The notes under the pieces are model-generated. The model searched no databases. It saw only the letters and a program-made list of their open reading frames with translations, and was not told the DNA's origin. Positions 49,796 to 58,045 of a stretch of DNA of 64,000 bases are shown piece by piece. The DNA lies in assembly GCF_000315625.1 (NCBI RefSeq), contig NW_005434649.1, positions 434,001-498,000 of the forward strand, read 5' to 3'. A program made the position numbers and the translations under genes. Numbering within the stretch: position 1 is the stretch's first letter; every line of letters begins with the position of its first letter. This DNA comes from Guillardia theta CCMP2712 (Eukaryota > Protista > Cryptophyta).

Positions 49796-50918
49796 TTACA
49801 CCTGTCATGTCGTGGTCAACTACAAGATAATATGCATCATCGAATCCGCCTGACCTCCATTGCTGCGACCGATGAAGACTTCAAAGAAATTGGGTCTTCT
49901 TCAATAGCTTCAGCGATCTTGAGAGCTTGCTTTGCTGCAATCCACTTCTTCCGTGCTGATGCAGTCTCATCAATCAAAGTTTCAACCTGTTGGAAATGAT
50001 AGAAGAAGCTCAGCTAGGGTTTCTCTTCCAATCGATTTGTAACACCTGTTGCTTGATTGGAGCGAGTTGGTGAAGTGCCTCCTTTGCACTCAAGAATCCA
50101 TGACTGCGCACTGCCTCAGTCATCTTGTCCCGTTGTGCCAAGGCATCTTTCAAGCGATCCTTCACTTGCACTACTTCTTTCCTTGCTTGCTGATAATCTT
50201 TGCGGGCGTTTGCTAAAAGTTTCAATCGGTTTTCTTTGATTGCTTGCTTTTCCTCGCGCAACTTTAGAAACTGCTCTTCCCTTTCCTCGCGAGCTGCCCT
50301 TTCTCGCGCCATTTTCTCCAAGTCTTCCTGGAACTGAGGAGAGACCATCCCCCCCGCATGCTCATTCACGGTCTTGGATTGCGCTAAGCTTTGTTGCAAT
50401 GGCTGGCGAGTTGCAAATGATGCAGAGCTTTCCTCTACTCTCGTGTTCTGATTTTGGTGAGCACCAACATGTTTCTTTTCATTGACAATATCGTTTTGAG
50501 ATGGAGTCGAACGAAGCAAGTCGTCCTCTTCATGTTGTTGATCGCTGTCCGTAGTTTTCTGAATCAAACGAACCAAATGTTCCACTGATTTCTTTTCCCA
50601 CTTCCTATTGAGATCCTCTTGCTCTGAAATCGCTGCTTGTCGATCACGAAAAAACTTGATTTGCTCTGGCTTGAGTTGATGGCTTGCAACCTCCAGGGCA
50701 GCAGAGATGGCTGAGTCTAACCGAGGGCCATGTTTACCCTCGCCATCGTTGCTCATAGTAGCAATGGTGTGGCCTCTAGGAATCAAGGTGCATGCAAGAA
50801 CAACGGACATCAAGAATGTCCCACCTGCCACTAGGGTATAGAAGCGCTTCATCTTTCCTGTATCGCCATCCTCGTCTCCCCCTTCCCCTGCCCCATACCG
50901 TCGCTGCCTAGCCGACAT
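49796..50918 (-). CDS. Type II membrane-anchored coiled-coil protein (spliced; continues past the ORF-track end)
   Basis: N-terminal TM FYTLVAGGTFLMSVVLACTLI, then coiled coil. GT-AG intron ~49987-50045 is followed by exon VETLIDETASARKKWIAAKQ. 3' end approximate. Confidence 0.6.
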
Positions 50919-51319
50919 GTGAGCCTATTTCTGGAAAGATGACACTGAGGTAAGAGGGTGATGATTTGGCATTCGGCCCGGATGCCACTGAGGGCCGGGC
51001 CGCCCCGGCCCCCGCGATGCCGCCGCGGACCGTGTCGGACGGACTGGTGACTCCGGCCGGGCTATACTCGGTGACCGTGACGGTGACCCTTAAAGTCACA
51101 CTGTGACAAGTTAACTGAGTCAACTCCGATGATCGGCAGAGAGCGACGTGATTACATCAGTTATCATCCCCGCCGCTCAGTGGAACTGCAACCGGCCGGG
51201 CGGCCCGGCGGGCGGCTCGGAGGAGCCCCCCGCAGGCCGCCGCCGGCCCGGGGCCGCGCTCCGAGGCTCAAGTCATATCACTGAGAAGCAAACACCCACG
51301 TGGCTCCTACTCTGAGAGT

Positions 51320-51519
51320 ATTTATATTAAAGACCTTAAAGACCAATATGCATAAAAGCACTAAAAATGCATAAGTGAAATGCAAAATCCCATCTATTTC
51401 GAATTTCATTACAACTTAAATTTAAAGACCAAAAGATAAAATGCATGAATACTATTAAAATGCATGATTTCTAAAAATACATTTACATATACTACTAGTG
51501 TACTATAATATATTCTATA
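51320..51519 (+). repeat. Left terminal inverted repeat (200 bp)
   Basis: ATTTATATTAAAGACCTTAAAGACC...TATAATATATTCTATA; checked block by block against the right copy with no mismatch found. Confidence 0.97.
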
Positions 51520-51714
51520 GAATTTACAATAAAAATCTATTACCAGTCTGGTAAGGCCATTGCCATGCCCTTACGCAAGGGTCGCAAGCTTGCGTAGCAA
51601 GCACTAAGGCCATAGCACTGGCGTTAGCCATGTGCGTTATCTATAGCCACTCCTTTCAATCCAATATATGCTTTGCATAATCTATAAAAATACATATACT
51701 ATATATATTCTATA
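51520..51714 (+). repeat. Hairpin-rich ~200-bp repeat, unit 1
   Basis: TTTACAATAAA..ATCTATTACCAG...CCCTTACGCAAGGGTCGCAAGCTTGCGTAGCAAGC...GCACTGGCGTTAGCCATGTGC; homologous to the units at 54507-54989. Confidence 0.9.
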
Positions 51715-54505
51715 CATAGCGTTGTCGGGTCAAGGAACTTGCTGACAATTGGGATTTGTACCAGATCCAGGCGTTTTCCAGTACAAAATTGTGTGTAAGT
51801 AAAAAATCGAAGGATTGGAAGGTTTGAAAATCCATTTCCAGCGCTGCACGTTCAACGGCAACCGGGGGTAATTGAGAGCTTAGATAAGTAAACAGTTGTT
51901 CCTATTGCCTTTGCATAGGATCACTTAGGCCCTTGTATAGTGGAGTAATGATTTGTACCAGAACCTGATGGGTAGGCGTGGTAGTATTTCAAATATTCGA
52001 ACCCAACGGACGCGACAGGGGGGTGGGGGGTACAGGTCTTGGTCTGGTACTGTAATGGGTACCTTTTAAAATACATTTAGCAGAGGGGGTCTCCCTCCCC
52101 ATCTCCCTGCCCTCCGCACTTGCGCATCCCTATCCTTCCCTGTCCATGAGTCTCAGACTCTCGTCAGACCTTCCCTGATGACCCTCAACTTTCTTTGACG
52201 CTTCTGTCTGCCTTGTCCTTCCTCAACTTGCTGGAAATTCAAACTCTGAAACCATGCCCATGAGTTGACAAGCACTGAGTTTCTCAGTTTGAATGCGGGA
52301 GGAAAGATGATTCATGGAATGAAACTCAGTGGTTCATATTTCAAGCTGATGGATACGAGTCGTATAGCACTGGCTTATGACTGTCATTTTACTTCTCAAT
52401 GATACAGCATCACGAACTTGCTCTCGATCCATCAGTACTTGCAAAGGGTCATTTTTCAGACAGAACTTCGAGTCCATCTTTATTTTGCGTCGATCCACAC
52501 GATGACATCTGTTTGATACACTATGTTTGATGAATAGCAAGAAAGCAAGGCTGAACTGTGCACCGCTTGACTGAATTTTCTACAATACTCTTCAATTGTG
52601 TAAGAGAGCATGTCACATGTAATCATACCAGGCAAACAAGTCACAGTATCGCTCCAAACCGCGTTGTGCTTAAAACTGAGACTCTACATGAAGATGTTAT
52701 CGGACTAGTCGAATGATGTACAACTTTATGGTGATACGTGGTTTAGAACTGTTGCAAAGCGGACATGGGAATATGTAGCGGCCTAGGTGATGTTTTCAAC
52801 GTACTTCAATAAAACAATGCCAAGTTGTTGCTAACAACATCATCATTTTTACATGAGCCTGCATGACCTGATGTACATGTTAGAGAAGTCGATGCTCATT
52901 CATCAAAAGAGTGGTTAGACAAGAAACTGGTAGATGCTTCTGCGCAGCATTCTTGTGTATGTGGAATCGTGCACACTCACCGTCGTGTGGAAGTGTTTGC
53001 ACATTCTTCTGCGCAAGTCTCATACATTGTCCTTATCATCTGGAATGGTTGACTTTTGCTGCAAGTAATATGAGCAGCGCAAAGTTGGCAAACTTATCCA
53101 TATGGTTGGAATGCCGGCGATGCATTGCAGCCTGCATAGCACCTGAGCGCTTTGTTCCACTTATCGCTTGGTTCCAAACAATTGATGATATCGCAGCATG
53201 CAACTCGCATTGACCCAAGGGTGTCAAGCGAAGAAAAGATCAGGATGATGGAAGGGCGAGAATGCAGCGAATAAGAGAAGCTGGTCAGGCTCAGTTTACT
53301 TTGTGTAAGAAAATGCCAATGCTTTGTACATGTTAGGTTACAAAGAAAGAGGCAAGAAAGCTCTGGTATGATACTCGAGAAGAAAGATTTATTCAAAAGG
53401 GTATGTCCATTTTCATCTGCATGATTCAATCGGATCCAACATCAATTAACTGCTCCTGATACCATGTCAGTCTAGTCACAACAAAGATATCAGCACCTTG
53501 AAAATTTCTTGCTTCGACTCGAGGTGAAGGAAATGAAATATGATTTACAATGCTATAAGGGGTATCGTTTTGTCGCTCAAAGCGTCTTGATTGTAAGTCA
53601 TGAAATAGAACACGACATGCAATCAATTTGCAAGTCATGCCTTCATGTGGTACCTCATCACTGCCATTTGATGAATGCACTGGTATTCCTTGAAACTCTT
53701 TACATGCCTTGGCAATACACTTGCATATTGCTCAGACCGCCCTCAAGCCCGACTCTTTGCAGCAGATTCCTATGAAATAAGTATAGATCATGCTGTCTCC
53801 GTGACATGCTTCATGACTTCCTACTTATTGCTCATGAGAGTCAATGTCATCCATCGTACAGCGCCACTAGCGGACGGTCCGTGCAGAGTACTACTTATTC
53901 AAGCTGCTAAAATCTATGATGATCAACCCTCTTTACATGTGTTTGCAATCACAGAGATGTTTTCAGACTACTGCGCTCACACCAGATTCTGCAGGGATTG
54001 CCTCTGCTTGTCCTCGTCTGAGCTCTCCTGCTGCAGATGAGTCACGTCTGCGTAACAACATTCACTTGCTAACCTTGGATATGCAACCAGGGAAGGGAAG
54101 GGGCAAGGCTTGAGAGCTCCCTCTGATCTACAAGGGTGGTCTATGTTGGTCGGAGGCAGGGTAGGGTCCAAAACTTGACCCCATCGGAGAAGGCACTTTC
54201 ACTGGGAAACAGGTGGGTCCAAAGCATCATAGTTTGAACAGGGGAGGTACCGCATAAACTATTTTGGTACAAGTTTTCCTAACAGTACTTGAATATGTAC
54301 CATAAAATTGGTACTGTTGGTACAATTATTTGCTACCAGGAAGTACCCTACCCCCTTAAACAGGTCCCAACCAATTTGAATCAGCTCCCAGCCGTCTGAC
54401 CCACCCCAGACCCCAACTGCCATTTGCTATTCACATGTGTCGAAGGATACCCCCACAGAAAACTATTGGAAACCAGAGGGGTCAGTTGAGAGCGACAACG
54501 CTATG
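51715..54505. mobile_element. Nested ~2.8-kb putative DNA transposon (13-bp TIRs), non-autonomous or decayed
   Basis: CATAGCGTTGTCG at 51715-51727 and CGACAACGCTATG at 54493-54505. It interrupts the repeat array at a unit junction; GTAC motifs cluster at both ends; GC is higher than in the flanks; no recognisable transposase. Confidence 0.75.
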
Positions 54506-54506
54506 A

Positions 54507-54989
54507 GAATTTACAATAAATCTATTACCAGAATGATAAGGCCACCACACCGCATTTAGAAGAAGGTCGCCAAGTTTGTGAAACAAACCATAAGCCATAG
54601 CACTTGCGTAGCAATGTGCGTCATCTATAGCCACCCTTACAAACCTCCATTATGCTCTCAAACATATACTTTGCATAATTTATAAAATACATTTACATAT
54701 CCTATAAATATCCTATATTCTTTACAACAAATCTATTACCAGTTTGGTCAGCCATATGCATCGCCCTTACGCAAGGGTCGCAAGCTTGCGCAGCAAGCAC
54801 TAAGGCCTAGCACTGGCGTTAGCCATGTGCGTTATCTATAACCACCCTTACAACCCTCCATTATACACCGTCACACATACTTTGCATAATTTATAAAAAC
54901 ATATATCTTACATTAAATATCATATATTCCACAATAAAATCTATTACCAGTCTGGTCAGCCATCTGCATCGCCCTTACGCAAGGGTCGC
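54507..54989 (+). repeat. Hairpin-rich ~210-bp repeat, units 2, 3 and partial 4
   Basis: Units begin ~54507, ~54721 and ~54931, each with ACAA..AATCTATTACCAG followed by the hairpin cassette. Confidence 0.9.
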
Positions 54990-55039
54990 TACAAAAACTA
55001 CTCCCTCTCTGCAAAATATTCCTTAACAAAAATTTCACA

Positions 55040-56100
55040 GCACACAAAAATTATTCACCCTCAACCATCCTCACCCCTCCCCCTGTAATTAAATCTATAC
55101 ACCGTCAACCCATCCGCCCCTACATACTCACCATCCCTCATTATCAAACTCATGCTATCCTCCAATGCCTTCAACGCCTCCACATCCACATTGCTTGATC
55201 CCTTCTTTATCTCTAATGTCATCCTACACAAACCCCTCCTTACATTACATTTTTATTTTTCTATCTCCTACGCACCCCACCCACGCCTTTTTATCACCCA
55301 TATTCCTCTCATTCACTCCTTTTAATATTTTCTCCATTCACTTTATTCACTACCCCTCTCTATTCTCCATCCCTTTATTCACTTATGTATCACTCGTTTC
55401 CTCACCCATCATGTCTATCACCCCTAACGTCCTCTCTATCAATCTATCCCTATACCTCCTCCCACTCTCCAACCCCACAAAACGTGACATCCATATCATC
55501 CTACTCCACCTCTCCTTCATCACTACCCCATACAATCTCAACAACATCTTCACCCTCTTCCCCTTCTGCTCCCCTAATACATCCTTCATATCTATATCCA
55601 CCCTATCCATATCCTTCACCCTACACTTATAATTCCCCCTCTTGTCCCTCCTCATCCATACCCTCATCATTCTATCCTCACCCCTCCTCCTCAACGATCC
55701 TATCACCTCCCTCTCCGTTAAACCCCAATCACCTCCTTGCTTCCTCTCTACACTCTCCATTATCCTCCGTCTCTATCTCCTCTATCCTCTCACTAAACTC
55801 ACTCTCCACCCTCACCCTCCCCTCAACACCAACTCCACCTCACTCTTACCCTCACTCTCCATTCTTACAAATGGCGTCTCTATATCTATACTCCTACCAT
55901 CCATCCTCAACTTTATCATCCTCATATCACCCCTCTCCGAGGCTCCTTACAATCCCCTACACTTATCCTTGACACATCCAACTCACTCACACTCAACATA
56001 CCTTATCAGACTACTCTACCCCCTTTACATCCCTTTCTCATTTTTATACCCACATCTTCCCTCAGTCAATTACGGCAATACTCTTTGATATCCATCCTAA
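55040..56100 (-). pseudogene. Compositionally extreme, frameshifted coding remnant (possibly including a small jelly-roll/minor capsid-like gene)
   Basis: Plus strand is very G-poor. Minus strand reads protein-like in changing frames: MRMIKLRMDGRSIDIETPF.. / RVRVESEFSERI.. / ..NYKCRVKDMDRVDIDMKDVLGEQKGKRVKMLLRLYGV. Confidence 0.35.
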
Positions 56101-56300
56101 TATCCCCTTTATTAACCCTTTTCTAATTCGGACAAATCCCCCGGCTAAGTCAATTAACTTCTCCACTAAATGGAACCTTTCCCACAAAAAGGCGTGGGTC
56201 ACACCTATATCCTTTAATGTTATATATCCCTTACCATGCTTCGTATAAATATTATCATATGTATGATTTAAGACTTAATTAATAAACAAATGTACTAAAT

Positions 56301-56837
56301 ATGTCATGTAATGGCGATGGATCTTGTCTTGCACAAACAACCTCATCTAATGATTACGCATACCAGTTTGAATGTGCCCATCAATGCAAACCCCTTCCAT
56401 GCCCTAATTTTATCGTCTGTGATACCATTGCTCCACTCTGGCTTTTTAATATGCATAGTGGATTGTGTATGGGTTGTAATATAAAATTTGGGACTTGGGG
56501 TACTCAGACGGGCAAAGGAAAACTTGATTTCTTTGATGATCTTGAATGTCCAATATGTCTTCAAATTACAAAGTGTGTTTCTCAACCTAATTGCAATCAT
56601 TCAACATGCATCACTTGCTTCAAACGATGCTACTATGGTAAAGAAATGCCATCATTCCCTTATCCTCATTTAGAAGAAGAGTATTATAATGATTTTGATA
56701 ACAACAATTATCAAAACAATTCTAAATGGGACCCTTTCAGAAAAACAATTGATAAATTTGAATCTTCATGCGAAACTATTGAATACAATAACGCCAACGA
56801 AACTGTTCTCAATAAATGCCCATTATGTCGTAAATAA
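56301..56837 (+). CDS. Cys-rich protein with split RING finger (putative E3 ubiquitin ligase, giant-virus style)
   Basis: CPIC...C.H..C..C followed, after a ~60-aa insertion, by KCPLCR; extra N-terminal Cys cluster; intronless, AT-rich. Confidence 0.75.
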   Translation: MSCNGDGSCLAQTTSSNDYAYQFECAHQCKPLPCPNFIVCDTIAPLWLFNMHSGLCMGCNIKFGTWGTQTGKGKLDFFDDLECPICLQITKCVSQPNCNHSTCITCFKRCYYGKEMPSFPYPHLEEEYYNDFDNNNYQNNSKWDPFRKTIDKFESSCETIEYNNANETVLNKCPLCRK

Positions 56838-56887
56838 CTCATACTTAAGAAAAATACAATGTATTACATTATGACTTCTTTCTCATT

Positions 56888-57565
56888 ATGAACAAAGCTT
56901 GTAAAGTTCAATTTGGCAATGTTAAATTCAAAACTTACAAAGATGCTGAAGATTATGTCCGCAATCTTCTTCGTCAGATTGGAATTTGCAAGAGTGTTAA
57001 ACAACTTAACGATGGTAATGTTTTGTATCAACAACTCCTTGATATCGCCTCAAATCATCCTAACAGTTTAAATAAGCTTGCTAATGTAATTGACTTTTCA
57101 ATTCAACAAAGTTATATCAATAAAAGAGCATTAGCCTTGTTCATCATCAACAAAGATGGCTCTCTTCTTGATATCTCTTGGAGGATTTGTGTCACTGGAA
57201 AACCTAAAACTATCCGAACTGAGCTCTTATGCGCTTTACGCACATCTGTAGACCATCAGATTCTTGCTTTCAAAACAACTCATGATACCTCCTCCTGCTC
57301 TTTGTGTGGGACTTCTACTCTTAAATCGTTACATATCGATCATGATGTTCAGTTCATTCAACTTGTTGCTAATTTCTTGGATATTCAATCATCTTGTCCT
57401 ATCATATTCGATGACCTCAAAGAATATCCACATTCTCGGTATTTCTTTCCACAACATTTCAACTTTGAACAAGACTGGATCTCATTCCACCAACAACATG
57501 CCATTCTTCGGCCACTCTGTTCTCATTGTAATCTCTCACGACCCAAAATCACTAATTTACTTTGA
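56888..57565 (+). CDS. DCL/DUF3223-like domain fused to HNH-type endonuclease
   Basis: N-terminal HP....K ... FIINKDGS..DISWRICV (DCL-like); C-terminal CSLC...HIDH ... W..FH...A.LRPLCSHCN (Zn-binding HNH pattern). Confidence 0.7.
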   Translation: MNKACKVQFGNVKFKTYKDAEDYVRNLLRQIGICKSVKQLNDGNVLYQQLLDIASNHPNSLNKLANVIDFSIQQSYINKRALALFIINKDGSLLDISWRICVTGKPKTIRTELLCALRTSVDHQILAFKTTHDTSSCSLCGTSTLKSLHIDHDVQFIQLVANFLDIQSSCPIIFDDLKEYPHSRYFFPQHFNFEQDWISFHQQHAILRPLCSHCNLSRPKITNLL

Positions 57566-57605
57566 AGTCTTTTTTATATGTTCTTTTGTATTCGAGTTCT
57601 TCTTT

Positions 57606-58004
57606 ACCATTATGCTTTCGAAAATACCCTTAGGCTTTCAGCCATGCGCAGCACCGCCTTCATGCCTGAATAAAGGGGAGTCTAAGATCCTATCATACTG
57701 TCTCATAAGTCCTCACACTATTTAAACCAGCTTGGTAACACCCTATAGCCTTTACAACATCCTTGCATGCCCGACTCCCCTTTAATCCGGCCCTGACCGC
57801 TCCGTTTTTTATAAGAGTTTTTTGTCTGGTCAGGCCTTCCGTCAGGCTATTGAACACTCATTCAACAATCTTCCTCACCATCATGCTTTCGAAAATACCC
57901 TCAGGCTTTCAGCCATGCGCAGCACCGCCTTCAATTTGCCTTCATGCCTGAATAAAGGGGACTTTTAACCTACAAGGTTTGGTAACACCCTATGGCCTTT
58001 ATAA
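57606..58004 (+). repeat. Imperfect direct duplication with hairpin potential between convergent genes
   Basis: ACCATYATGCTTTCGAAAATACCCTYAGGCTTTCAGCCATGCGCAGCACCGCCTTCA..TGCCTGAATAAAGGGGGA at 57606 and 57877; TTGGTAACACCCTATRGCCTTTAYAA at 57732 and 57979. Confidence 0.9.
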
Positions 58005-58045
58005 GACTTCGCCTATATCATATGTATATTGATCCAAATAGTTCT

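Noticed and set aside
52300-54100. Transposase within the nested element
   Set aside because: Only short fragments in various frames; no DDE, BED or THAP motif could be identified.
51520-54989. CRISPR-like array or known self-cleaving ribozymes
   Set aside because: Units are ~200 bp and homologous throughout, with no unique spacers and no cas genes; no hammerhead (CTGANGA/GAAA), HDV or twister core was recognisable by eye.
55165-56088. Plus-strand S/P/L/I-rich ORFs (155, 195 and 148 aa)
   Set aside because: They are open in several frames only because G-depletion removes TAG/TGA stops; the composition is a by-product of the skew.
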